NCBI GenBank assembly: GCA_015523605.1
Contig: WAKC01000050.1
Coordinates: forward strand, 832-64,831
Length of the DNA stretch: 64,000 nt
Direction of reading: 5' to 3'
DNA from: Candidatus Geothermarchaeota archaeon
GTDB taxonomy: Archaea > Thermoproteota > Nitrososphaeria > Geothermarchaeales > JDFR-13
A program made the translations under genes and the position numbers. Shown here in pieces: positions 36,644 to 46,456 of this stretch. The stretch's first letter is position 1. Each line of letters starts with the position of its first letter. The notes beneath the pieces are model-generated. The model searched no databases. It was not told the DNA's origin and saw nothing but the letters and a program-made list of their open reading frames with translations.

Positions 36644-39600
36644 ATGGTGGATAGACGTGATATGGTTAAAGGCATCTTGGCTTTAGCCTCTCTTGCAGTG
36701 GCTGGTTATGGATTGGAACCAGTTGTTAAGAAGATTTTAAAGCCTGAGTATGTGCCGGTGCCACCCGATCCACAGTTTGGGGAGAATGTTAGGTATGTAT
36801 TCTCCTCATGTCTGGGCTGTAACGTGAGATGTGGGATCAAGGCTAGGGTGATAAAGTATGATGGGATTGAGGTTGTAGACCGTATTGAGGGCAATCCTTA
36901 TCACCCCTATAACAGGGCGATAAGTGTATATGCAGATGAAGAATATCTTATGCAGCATACCAGGTTATTCCCCATACCGTATCAAACCCCCATATCCGAG
37001 GCATTGGAGAAGTGGCAGGGTACACTATGTCCCAAGGGTCAGGATGGGATATACTATCTCTATGATCCCTATAGGGTGTTGAAGCCGTTAAAGAGGGCTG
37101 GCCCCAGGGGAAGTGGTAAATGGAAGGTGATCTCTTGGGAGCAGTTAATAGATGAAGTCGTTAATGGAGGTGTCATTGAAGAGACTGGTGAGAAGTTGCC
37201 TGGCTTGAAAGACTTTTTTGTATATGGCAAGCTTAAGGAAGCGGGATTCGAAGATCCTAACCAGATTCTATCCGAGATGAAAGCCGATATAGATGGAATA
37301 ATGAATATTGCTAAAGACCCTGAGTCTACTTATAACGATATAGTAAACGCTCTGGATGAGTTTAAGAGGAAGTGGTCCGGCATATTAGGTGCGAAAGGAT
37401 TGAGTCTTGAGGATGTGTTGGTCGATCCTGACAGACCTGAACTGGGTACTAAGGCTAATATGGTGGCCTATTTGAGGGGTAGGGGACAGGGGCATACCGA
37501 CTATCTGAGTGCTAGATGGATAGCTGGATTTGGAAGTGTTAATTGGCTTAGACATACAAGTTCATGTCAACTAGGTTATTACGCTGCTGACTATCTATGG
37601 GCTGGATATCATGATATACAGCCCGATATCATAAGTGCAAAGGTAATTATCATGGCTGGGGTGAGCATGGGTAGGTTACATCCCGGTGCTACTGGACAGG
37701 GGATACTAATATCTAGGGCTGCCGATGGAGATTTGAAGATATATTACGTGAATCCCACTGCGCCGAGGACAGATGCCAATGGAAATATTGTTTGGGTTCC
37801 TGTAAAGCCTGGATACGACGCTGCATTGGCATTTGCCATGATAAGGCTTTTAATAGAGTGGGAAGGATTCAATAGTGATTTCCTGTCTATACCGAATGAA
37901 GATGTGGCTAGTGAAAAGGGGTACCCAGTAACCTCGAATGCCACATGGCTTGTGATCTTTGAGGAGAATCATGAAAGGTTTGGTGAACTCTTGAAGGATA
38001 GTGACGTGGGGTTAGGCAATGAGGGTAAACCTGTTGTCTTCGACGGTTCCGGTTTTTCAGTGTATGATGCTGTTGACAAGGCTGTTTTTGACTGGGAGGG
38101 AAGTGTAACCCTTTCTAGCGGGGAGACGGTTAAGGTTAAGACGACGTTCAAGATTTTGAAGGATGAGGCGTTTTCAAAGAGTGTTGAGGAGTGGGTAGAG
38201 ATAGCGTCTCCATATAAACGTGGTACTAAAGAGTTCTCTGAATATCTCGAGACGGTTAAAAAGATGGTTAGGGACTTCATCGAGTATGCTCCGAAGTCTG
38301 GTACTATGGTTCATAGAGGGGTTGCAATGCACTCTAATGGTGAATATGCTACATGGGCTTATAGAGCATTAGACACTTTAATAGGTAACTACCATAGGAA
38401 AGGTGGTCTACTTGCAAGGGCTGGGCATACAAAGTATAATAAGTATTTGTATCACGTGGATAAGAAGGGCTTCGGCGAACCGAAGAAGTGGGGAGTCCCT
38501 ATTGATCGGCATAAGGCAAAGTATGAGGATACACTGGAATATTGGCTTAGGGTTAAACGGGGTGAGAATCCCTATCCTACTAAGAGACCGTGGTATCCAC
38601 ATACTCCTGAAGAGAGTTATACAGAGCAGTTTGCAGGTATATATGAGCAGTATCCCTATAAGATGGGAGCCTTAATAATGTTCTACGCTAATCCAGTAAT
38701 ATCTGCAAATTATGGGATTAAGTTTATAAAGACGTTGAGAGATACTGGGAAGCTACCTCTCTTTATAGCTATTACGACAACCATTAACGAGACCTTTATG
38801 TATGCGGATTATATAGTTCCTGATACCACATATCTAGAGACGGGTACTGTAGGTATACAATATCTATATGCATCGAGTGGGGGCGTCGAGTTGGCTGAGG
38901 CGATTAGGTCGCCTGTTGTTATGCCCCTTACGGAGAAGATTGGGGAACCGGATAGATACGCTAGTTTCTGGGAGTTCTTCATAGATACGGCTAAAAAACT
39001 GGGTATGCCTGGCTTTGGAAAGGGTGCTATAAAGGGCTTGAAGGATTATGAGGGTCAGAAATTCGATTTGAATAATCTCTGGGATTATATTATGAGGGTC
39101 TACGCTAATGCAGCTATTTATGCGAGGGATCATGGCTTAATACCCGACAACATTCCAAGGGAAGATGTGGAGTTTGTTGAGAAGAATTACCCCATAGCAA
39201 AGTTCAAAGATTTGATACCTAATGAATGGGAATATGTTGCATATGCCTTGGCTAGGGGAGGTATATTTACAAGCTACGAGGAGTCGTTCCATCCAGACGG
39301 TATCTCGAAGAGGAAGGTCCCGAGTAAGAGGAAGAAGTTCAAGAAGACGTTGATGCTCTGGAATGAGGATCTAGCTAAGACAAGGAACAGCTTTACAGGG
39401 AAGAAGTTCTGGGGAGGTCCTAAATATGTTCCTCCAGCCACCTATGCACCTGTAAAGGGAAGTGGTAATGGATTTTATGGCAATCCATTGAGGGAACTAT
39501 ATCCGGAGAGTGAGTATCCATATCTACTGGTATTTACTACCGGCCCCCTATACACCAAACATAGAAGCCAGTTCTACTACTATGTGAAACAAATATCACC

Positions 39601-40141
39601 TGAAAACTTCGTTGTTATCAATCCTGTGGATGCCCAGAAAGAGGGTATAGAGGATGGCGACATGGTTGAAGTGGTCACTCCTACCGGTGTTTTGAAGGTT
39701 CCGGCAGTGGTTGAGGCTACAGTTCCACCTGGCGTTATCATGGTGCCTTATGGGATGGGTAGATGGTCTGAGACTATTGTTAGGAAGCCAGACTACTTCG
39801 AAGTTTCTGACGATGAGGTTAAGGCATATATAGAGGAGCTACCGGAGAATGTAGAGATTTCTGAGGACGCGGTCAATCCAGTTAAACCTCTTCCAGAGAT
39901 AAAGAAGAAGATCTTGTTTACATTGAGTCCAGAGACATACTATAACAACGCAGCAAGGGATAAGTGGAGATTCAACGGAGTAACACCGAATGTCGTCGAG
40001 TTGTCGGATCCAAGTCTAGATAATTGGCCGTTGATTGGCCATATAAGTGCAGCTCAAGCGTATTACGATGTGGTCGCCAAGATCAGAAAGACTGGCGAGA
40101 AATATCAGTTCGACATGACATATCCATTTATAGTGTGGTAA
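36644..40141 (+). CDS. molybdopterin (bis-PGD) oxidoreductase catalytic subunit, tetrathionate/polysulfide-reductase-like, Tat signal
   Basis: 1165 aa. N-terminus MVDRRDMVKGILALASLAVAG. The FS0 cluster motif is CLGCNVRCGI...GTLCPKG. The C-terminal region is a barrel-like Mo-dinucleotide-binding domain (VVINPVDAQKEGIEDGDMVEVVTPTG). Confidence 0.9.
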   Translation: MVDRRDMVKGILALASLAVAGYGLEPVVKKILKPEYVPVPPDPQFGENVRYVFSSCLGCNVRCGIKARVIKYDGIEVVDRIEGNPYHPYNRAISVYADEEYLMQHTRLFPIPYQTPISEALEKWQGTLCPKGQDGIYYLYDPYRVLKPLKRAGPRGSGKWKVISWEQLIDEVVNGGVIEETGEKLPGLKDFFVYGKLKEAGFEDPNQILSEMKADIDGIMNIAKDPESTYNDIVNALDEFKRKWSGILGAKGLSLEDVLVDPDRPELGTKANMVAYLRGRGQGHTDYLSARWIAGFGSVNWLRHTSSCQLGYYAADYLWAGYHDIQPDIISAKVIIMAGVSMGRLHPGATGQGILISRAADGDLKIYYVNPTAPRTDANGNIVWVPVKPGYDAALAFAMIRLLIEWEGFNSDFLSIPNEDVASEKGYPVTSNATWLVIFEENHERFGELLKDSDVGLGNEGKPVVFDGSGFSVYDAVDKAVFDWEGSVTLSSGETVKVKTTFKILKDEAFSKSVEEWVEIASPYKRGTKEFSEYLETVKKMVRDFIEYAPKSGTMVHRGVAMHSNGEYATWAYRALDTLIGNYHRKGGLLARAGHTKYNKYLYHVDKKGFGEPKKWGVPIDRHKAKYEDTLEYWLRVKRGENPYPTKRPWYPHTPEESYTEQFAGIYEQYPYKMGALIMFYANPVISANYGIKFIKTLRDTGKLPLFIAITTTINETFMYADYIVPDTTYLETGTVGIQYLYASSGGVELAEAIRSPVVMPLTEKIGEPDRYASFWEFFIDTAKKLGMPGFGKGAIKGLKDYEGQKFDLNNLWDYIMRVYANAAIYARDHGLIPDNIPREDVEFVEKNYPIAKFKDLIPNEWEYVAYALARGGIFTSYEESFHPDGISKRKVPSKRKKFKKTLMLWNEDLAKTRNSFTGKKFWGGPKYVPPATYAPVKGSGNGFYGNPLRELYPESEYPYLLVFTTGPLYTKHRSQFYYYVKQISPENFVVINPVDAQKEGIEDGDMVEVVTPTGVLKVPAVVEATVPPGVIMVPYGMGRWSETIVRKPDYFEVSDDEVKAYIEELPENVEISEDAVNPVKPLPEIKKKILFTLSPETYYNNAARDKWRFNGVTPNVVELSDPSLDNWPLIGHISAAQAYYDVVAKIRKTGEKYQFDMTYPFIVW

Positions 40142-40142
40142 G

Positions 40143-40700
40143 ATGGATAGAATCTCTAATCCCACCCCACCCTTTTTTATAGGCCTCTCAAACCTCTACC
40201 TCATCTTAACTAACACTCTTCTCTCTAAATTAGGTCTCTATGATGGGCCGCTAAAGTTTGATATCCCGGAGGATACAAAGATCGTTTTGAATGGTTTTAT
40301 GGAGGCGGTTGAAAATGCTGGACGAGATGATGTAGCGAATCTGAGGAGTTCCTTATGTAGGAAGGACCTAGATAGGTCTACAAGATTGCTTTGGGAGGAT
40401 ACCTTAAAACAGTTCTACAGTAGATATGGATATAGATTTGAAGAGGGGGTTTTGAATGCTGATCACCTGATAGTTAAATTTGCTTTCATCTCCTATATAT
40501 TACGTGATTCAGCCGATGCACTAAGTATGGGGGATAAGGAGAAGTTTAGGGAGAGACTGGTGGTCCTCCATCGATTTATAAATGTTCATATTCTCCCTAT
40601 GATCAGAGATTGTGATAGTGCGATTATCAAGTCTATAAGGCCAATCATATCGTTTACACTATCCCTTTTGAGGGATATAGTCATAGGAGAGTCGTATTGA
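40143..40700 (+). CDS. TorD/DmsD-like redox enzyme maturation chaperone (putative)
   Basis: 185 aa and immediately downstream (its ATG is 1 nt after the stop). ADHLIVKFAFISYIL resembles the TorD-family (P/A)DH..-ELEF block. Confidence 0.5.
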   Translation: MDRISNPTPPFFIGLSNLYLILTNTLLSKLGLYDGPLKFDIPEDTKIVLNGFMEAVENAGRDDVANLRSSLCRKDLDRSTRLLWEDTLKQFYSRYGYRFEEGVLNADHLIVKFAFISYILRDSADALSMGDKEKFRERLVVLHRFINVHILPMIRDCDSAIIKSIRPIISFTLSLLRDIVIGESY

Positions 40701-40803
40701 AATATTTCTTTGATAATAACTTGCATCTTAAAAAATATATCTCCTCTAAAATATAGGGTCTTCTCCTCTAATATTATTATAGCTATTCAACCTCGGTGGG
40801 ATT

Positions 40804-42657
40804 ATGCCATATGGCTATGGCAATAAAATTGCCTTTATTGACTTGACCAGGAAGAAGGTGAAGGTACGTAAGCCCAAGGAGAGTATGCTCAAAGAGTATA
40901 TCGGTGGGAAAGGTCTGGGTGCACGGTTGTTATATGATCTCCTTCCACCTAAGGTAGATCCCCTATCCCCAGCTAATGTGTTAATATTTGCGGTGGGGCC
41001 TTTAACAGCTACTGGAGCACCCGCGTCAGCAAGGGGTGTCGTGGTTACTAAGTCTCCCGCCACATATACATTTAACGATAGCAATGGAGGTGGGTTCTTC
41101 ACTTCTTATATGAAGCTTGCAGGATTTGATGCCCTTGTATTCCTCGGAAGAGCGGATAAACTAAGCTATGTATATATCGACCACGATTCAAAGATTCACA
41201 TTAGGGACGCATCTCATCTAAAGGGATATGGGGTATATGCAACTGAAGATACATTGAGGGAGGAGGTGGGTGATGAAGACGCTAAAGTTGCTTCTATAGG
41301 GCCGGCTGGGGAGAATCTCGTCAAGATCGCAGGTATAGTTGCTGATAAACATCATATACATGCTAGGGGTGGCGTAGGCGCGGTAATGGGGAGTAAGAAT
41401 TTAAAGGCTGTTGTTGTCTCTGCCGACAAGAATAATCCAAAGTTTGAACTGGCATATCCAGATGAGTTCAACGAGTATAATAGGCGTTATATTAAAGAGA
41501 GGATTTTTAGTGAGGAGTATTCATGGGCGAAGGATGGAGGTACGCCAGTAATAGTGCAGTGGAGTAATCAGGCCGGCCTCTTCCCGACTAGAAATTTCCA
41601 GGATGGCGTGTTTGAGGAGTGGGAGAAGATCTCGGCTGAGGTGCTTAAGAGCTACAGGACTAGTAAAGCAGCATGTTATAGATGTACGATTGCATGTAGA
41701 AACCTGGTTAAGATTAGGGATGAAAAGTTTGGTGAGATCTTCATAGACGGTCCAGAATATGAGACAATTGCTATGGTTGGAGGCTCTACAGGTTTGGGTG
41801 ATTTCAAGGCGATTGTATCTTTAAATGCACTTTTAGATGATATGGGTATGGACTCGATATCGGCTGGTAACATAATAGGATATGTTATGGAACTCTATGA
41901 GAAGGGTTATATAACTAAAAATGATCTCGGGGGTCTAGAGGCTAGATGGGGAGATGCTGATGTTGAGCATGAGCTTGTTAAGATGATGGCTTACAGAAGA
42001 GGATTTGGAGATGTTATGGCAGAGGGAGTGAAGGGTATAGCAGCATATGTAGGTGGGGATGCATATAAATTCGCTATTGAGGTTAAGGGTCTAGAATACC
42101 CAGCTTATGATCCTAGAGGCAGTTTCTCAATGGCCTTGGCATATGCAACTTCTGACAGGGGTGCATGCCACCTAAGGGCATGGAGCATTGTAGAGGAGGC
42201 ATTTGGAGATAAGGATCCATTCACACCTGATGGTAAGGCTGAGATAGTGGTTAGACTCCAGGATTTGAATGCTGTTAAATGGAGTATGGTGTGGTGTGAC
42301 TTCCTAGCGATCAATTATGAGGAGATGGCTGAGTATCTAAGGCTTGCCACTGGATGGGAGTTTAAGCCTGAGGAGCTCCAGTATAGGGGTGAGAAGATAT
42401 GGAATCTAGTGAGACTATTCAATATCAGGGAAGGCTTTACAAGGAGGGATGATTATGCACCATATAGGATATTAAATGAACCTCTTAAGACAGGGCCTGC
42501 CAAGGATAAGGTTATAGGTATGGATAATTTCAACAAGATGTTAGATGACTATTATCAGTTGAGGGGCTGGGACAAGAATGGAGTTCCTCGTAAGAAGACA
42601 TTGAGGAGGCTCAAACTCTCTAAGGATTATAAGAAGCTTGGATATCCAATTCCATAA
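40804..42657 (+). CDS. aor: aldehyde:ferredoxin oxidoreductase family (tungstopterin) enzyme
   Basis: N-terminus GYGNKIAFIDLTRKKV...EYIGGKGLGARLLYD, and the 4Fe-4S motif CYRCTIAC. 617 aa. Confidence 0.93.
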   Translation: MPYGYGNKIAFIDLTRKKVKVRKPKESMLKEYIGGKGLGARLLYDLLPPKVDPLSPANVLIFAVGPLTATGAPASARGVVVTKSPATYTFNDSNGGGFFTSYMKLAGFDALVFLGRADKLSYVYIDHDSKIHIRDASHLKGYGVYATEDTLREEVGDEDAKVASIGPAGENLVKIAGIVADKHHIHARGGVGAVMGSKNLKAVVVSADKNNPKFELAYPDEFNEYNRRYIKERIFSEEYSWAKDGGTPVIVQWSNQAGLFPTRNFQDGVFEEWEKISAEVLKSYRTSKAACYRCTIACRNLVKIRDEKFGEIFIDGPEYETIAMVGGSTGLGDFKAIVSLNALLDDMGMDSISAGNIIGYVMELYEKGYITKNDLGGLEARWGDADVEHELVKMMAYRRGFGDVMAEGVKGIAAYVGGDAYKFAIEVKGLEYPAYDPRGSFSMALAYATSDRGACHLRAWSIVEEAFGDKDPFTPDGKAEIVVRLQDLNAVKWSMVWCDFLAINYEEMAEYLRLATGWEFKPEELQYRGEKIWNLVRLFNIREGFTRRDDYAPYRILNEPLKTGPAKDKVIGMDNFNKMLDDYYQLRGWDKNGVPRKKTLRRLKLSKDYKKLGYPIP

Positions 42658-42815
42658 CACCATCTCCTATTTATCATTCCTTCCCCATACTTTTTAATAT
42701 CTACATTTATATAGTGAAGTTTCTTGCCTAATCTTTTAAGGAGGTTTGATTGTGGAGTCGGAGGATGATACTGCATTAATGGATGCATATCCTAATGAGG
42801 TGGTGATTCAATTCT

Positions 42816-44228
42816 ATGTATGAAGCCTATCTGGCCGATTATGAAGATTATGGTCCAAAGACTGTAGAGGAGGTTAGGAAGTATCTTGAGAGGACTAGAA
42901 AATCTAGGGAGATATTTGAGAATATTTCAGAATACATCCCCTACGGCGTAAACAGTAACCAAAGGTATTACCCGCCTTACCCAATATACATGAAGAGGGC
43001 CCGTGGAAGTAGGATATGGGATGTCGACGATAATGAATACATAGATTTTAACATGGGCTACGGTACCTTATTGGTCGGTCATGCCCATCCAAAGATAAAC
43101 GAGGCACTCCATAAACAGTTGGAGGAGGGAATTCTATATACATTCCCATATTACATTCTTGAGGAGCTTACAGAGTTGATTACAGACATTCTGAATATCG
43201 ATATGTTCAGATTTAGCAACAGCGGTAGCGAGGCCGTCATGTTCGCTATTAGATTGGCTAGAGCCTTTACAGGTAGGGATATCGTGATTAAAGTAGAGGG
43301 TAGCTACCACGGTACATATGATAATGTCCTATTCAGTATATGGCCCTTCAGGGGTTTGGCCGGCCCCCGAAAGATGCCAGTAAGCGTACTCGAGACAATG
43401 GGTGTACCTGATGCGATGGAGGACCTAGTGAGGATCGTGCCCTTCAACGATGTTGATCCACTTGTGGATATTCTTGAAGAGGAGGGTGACGACGTAGCAG
43501 CTATTATCGTAGAGCCGGTGATGATGAATGCAGGTATAATCAAACCTGAAAAGGGATATCTAGAAAGTTTAAGAAAATTGGCCTATGAATATGATCTTGT
43601 CCTCATTTTCGATGAGGTTAAGACGGCCTTAAGGGCTGGGCTAACCACGGCCTCCCAGATATACGGTGTAGAACCAGATATTTTGACTGCTGCCAAGGCC
43701 ATCGGCGGAGGAGCGGTAATAAGCCTTATAGGTGGTATAGAGGAGATAATGTCGCTGGTAGGCCCTACAGAGAGTATTAGGGAGCAGGGAGTCGTCCACG
43801 CAGGGACTTATAATGCTAATCCCTTCAGTTTAAAGGCTTTATATGTGACGTTGACTGAGGTCTTGACTGAAGATGCATATAAATATATGTTGAAGCTTAA
43901 CCATGAAATTGTAGATGGCTATACACGCCTACTTAAAGAATATGATATACCGGGATATGCTGAAGAGTTTGGGGTCTCGGGTGCACTTATATTTAGTGAG
44001 AATAAGGTTAAGAACTTTAGAGATCTAATGAATCTACCTTTCGACTTATGGTATCCACTTTATTATGCAATGCTTAACAGGGGTGTTATTCCTATGGCTA
44101 CCGGTCCTGAGGAGATGTGGACGTTAAGTGTTCAGCATACAGAGGAAGATGTCGAGAAGTATATTGAGGCTCTATCCGAGACTTTCAAAGTCGTTTCCGA
44201 GGCTAGAAAGTATATGGAGGAGTGGTGA
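42816..44228 (+). CDS. class III aminotransferase (glutamate-1-semialdehyde aminomutase-like subgroup)
   Basis: GSRIWDVDDNEYIDFNMGYGTLLVGHAHP, FDEVKT, TAAKAIGGG (PLP-Lys context). 470 aa. Confidence 0.85.
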   Translation: MYEAYLADYEDYGPKTVEEVRKYLERTRKSREIFENISEYIPYGVNSNQRYYPPYPIYMKRARGSRIWDVDDNEYIDFNMGYGTLLVGHAHPKINEALHKQLEEGILYTFPYYILEELTELITDILNIDMFRFSNSGSEAVMFAIRLARAFTGRDIVIKVEGSYHGTYDNVLFSIWPFRGLAGPRKMPVSVLETMGVPDAMEDLVRIVPFNDVDPLVDILEEEGDDVAAIIVEPVMMNAGIIKPEKGYLESLRKLAYEYDLVLIFDEVKTALRAGLTTASQIYGVEPDILTAAKAIGGGAVISLIGGIEEIMSLVGPTESIREQGVVHAGTYNANPFSLKALYVTLTEVLTEDAYKYMLKLNHEIVDGYTRLLKEYDIPGYAEEFGVSGALIFSENKVKNFRDLMNLPFDLWYPLYYAMLNRGVIPMATGPEEMWTLSVQHTEEDVEKYIEALSETFKVVSEARKYMEEW

Positions 44229-44362
44229 ATACGTTTTTTTCAAATGGTAAAAATTTATATTATACCTTATACTCCATATATTTTTTGAGAAATTGAACTG
44301 AGGAAATCCCATTTTTAACTCGTGGGATTCCATTATCCAACATATTCTGGAGGTGATGGTGT

Positions 44363-45535
44363 ATGGTTAAAGTTGTAGTTCTGGGTATGGGTATGGCTGC
44401 ATCCCATTTTATAGTGGGCCTCGAGAGACTTAAGAATGGGGAGATAGAGCCATATGGTGTCCCCCTAGCTGGTAAGTTACCATTAGATATTAGTGAGATT
44501 GAGGTTGTAGGAGTATACGATGTAGATGTTAACAAGGTTGGTAAGTCGGTATATGACGTTGCTAAAGAGCAGATAGGCTCTGAAGTACCTATACCAGAGA
44601 CTCTTAAGAAGCTGAAGGTCATGGAGGGTGTGCATCTAAGGAATTTGGATAGGCTTGGTATAGAGGCTACAGGGCTAGAGTATAAGAAAAGTCTCTCCAG
44701 TGCACTGGATCATCTAGTAGAGCAGTGGGGTAGGATGGAGCCCGATGTATTCATCAATGTAATTACAACGGAGTATGCGACTCCAATCGGTGATCTGAAG
44801 TATCTTGAGGATATTATAGCTAATAACAGAGTTGAGGAGATATCTGCCGGACAGTTCTATGCATATGCAGCCGCTATATATGCCTCAAAGTATAAGCCAG
44901 TTACATTTGTAAATCTGATTCCAACGCCATTAGCTAATGACGATGCATTTGTAAAGCTCTATACGATGTATGACTCGGTATTACTTGGTGATGATGGGGC
45001 TACTGGAGCAACCCCATTTACAGCCGACACGTTAGAGCATCTCAAGGAGAGGAATAGGTTTGTGGAGTTTGTCGTACAGTTCAATATAGGTGGTAACCTG
45101 GATTTCTATGCGTTGACGGATCCTGATAAGAATCTTATGAAGGAGACTACAAAGAGTAGTATAGTAAGGGATATACTTGGATATGAGGCACCACATTATA
45201 TTAAGCCTACTGGATATTTGGAGCCACTTGGAGATAAGAAGTTTGTAAGTATACATCTCGAGTATAAGACGTTCAATGGTCTGAAGGATAGTATCTATGT
45301 CAACATGAGGATAAATGATAGTCCAGCACTGGCAGGTTATATGGTGGATTTGGCGAGGCTTGGAAGGCTCGTACTAGATGAGGGCTTTAAAGGCACTATC
45401 TATGAGATTAATGCTTTCTACATGAAGAAGCCAGGTCCTAAAGGGTCTCCATCGATATCAAGGATTGTTGCTTATCAGAAGATGATAAACTGGTTGGAGA
45501 CTAACAACATACTTGTCAAGACATATCTAGATTAA
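44363..45535 (+). CDS. myo-inositol-1-phosphate synthase family (MIPS-like) NAD-dependent enzyme
   Basis: Colinear with recalled archaeal MIPS: FYAYAAAIYAS...FVNLIPTP...LGDDGATGATPFTADTL...VQFNIGGNLDF. The usual DGKTGET block reads DGATGAT here. Confidence 0.7.
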   Translation: MVKVVVLGMGMAASHFIVGLERLKNGEIEPYGVPLAGKLPLDISEIEVVGVYDVDVNKVGKSVYDVAKEQIGSEVPIPETLKKLKVMEGVHLRNLDRLGIEATGLEYKKSLSSALDHLVEQWGRMEPDVFINVITTEYATPIGDLKYLEDIIANNRVEEISAGQFYAYAAAIYASKYKPVTFVNLIPTPLANDDAFVKLYTMYDSVLLGDDGATGATPFTADTLEHLKERNRFVEFVVQFNIGGNLDFYALTDPDKNLMKETTKSSIVRDILGYEAPHYIKPTGYLEPLGDKKFVSIHLEYKTFNGLKDSIYVNMRINDSPALAGYMVDLARLGRLVLDEGFKGTIYEINAFYMKKPGPKGSPSISRIVAYQKMINWLETNNILVKTYLD

Positions 45536-45578
45536 TCCCTCCATTTTTTATAGTCAAAATTTTATACTATCCTATAGG

Positions 45579-46442
45579 ATGAGAGGATTAAATATAGAGA
45601 TTCCACTCCATATAACTGGCTTCTGGTATAGTATAATCGATGATGATCCTTTATATAGCGGTAGTCTAGGGGCGGGAATAAATCTTAAACCTGGTATTAA
45701 GGTAAGGCCATATAATAAATTTGGAATATCCGGGTTTGAGGGGAGCTTCATATATAATACATATGGTGATGCATTTAAGTTATCCGGGTTTAGGGAGGCC
45801 GGCCTATATATAGATGGTCCGAACCTCCTCGGCCTTGGTTTTGGGTTGAGTGCTGGATATGCCCTTGCCGGGCTTATGCTATCTAACATCTTGAATGGAT
45901 ATGGAAAGACATGGTTTGAGATTGGAAGATATGTGCATATGGCTGAAGTTAGAAATAAGACTGGATATGGGGATGTTATAGCTCTCTTAACTGGAGGCCT
46001 GGAATATAGGTTGGCGCCGGGTGCGCCTGGGATTGGCCAGGCGGATAGGGTACCGGTTGCCGATGATGTTTCCATCCTTGTATCTGTAACTGGTGATATG
46101 TCAACTCCGGAGATGCTCAATAAATATGGAGATTTGATTAGGGATGTAGGGCCTAAGATGTATAAATATTTCTCTGAAAATCCAAGTTTTGAGAGGTTCA
46201 TAGAGACGTCGTATAAATTTTCTAGAGAGATTGGAATGCTGGATTCTGAATTGGAAGATCAGGTTAAGGTGTTGATAGGCAACTATATCTCCAATGGCGG
46301 TGTACTTGGCTTCCACAGGAAGAAGAATCTACTTGTTGTCTATACAGAGAAGTCTGTCTCGGATGAGGTCTACAACTTGTTGAGGAGTAGGTGGAGAACA
46401 TTTATTTATACGATAGATTTTTGTGGGATTAAGATTTTATAG
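45579..46442 (+). CDS. pantoate kinase (archaeal CoA pathway, GHMP-kinase fold)
   Basis: IPLHITGFWYSI...SGSLGAGINLKPG... and GLGFGLSAGYALAG...HMAEVRNKTGYGDVIALLTGGLEYRLAPGAPGIG are colinear with recalled Thermococcus TK2141. Confidence 0.8.
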   Translation: MRGLNIEIPLHITGFWYSIIDDDPLYSGSLGAGINLKPGIKVRPYNKFGISGFEGSFIYNTYGDAFKLSGFREAGLYIDGPNLLGLGFGLSAGYALAGLMLSNILNGYGKTWFEIGRYVHMAEVRNKTGYGDVIALLTGGLEYRLAPGAPGIGQADRVPVADDVSILVSVTGDMSTPEMLNKYGDLIRDVGPKMYKYFSENPSFERFIETSYKFSREIGMLDSELEDQVKVLIGNYISNGGVLGFHRKKNLLVVYTEKSVSDEVYNLLRSRWRTFIYTIDFCGIKIL

Positions 46443-46456
46443 AGTAATTGAGTGAG

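Noticed and set aside
45572-46201. 209-aa minus-strand ORF
   Set aside because: It is antisense to the pantoate kinase gene, which has strong colinear similarity to a characterised enzyme. The translation is P/S-rich and low in complexity.
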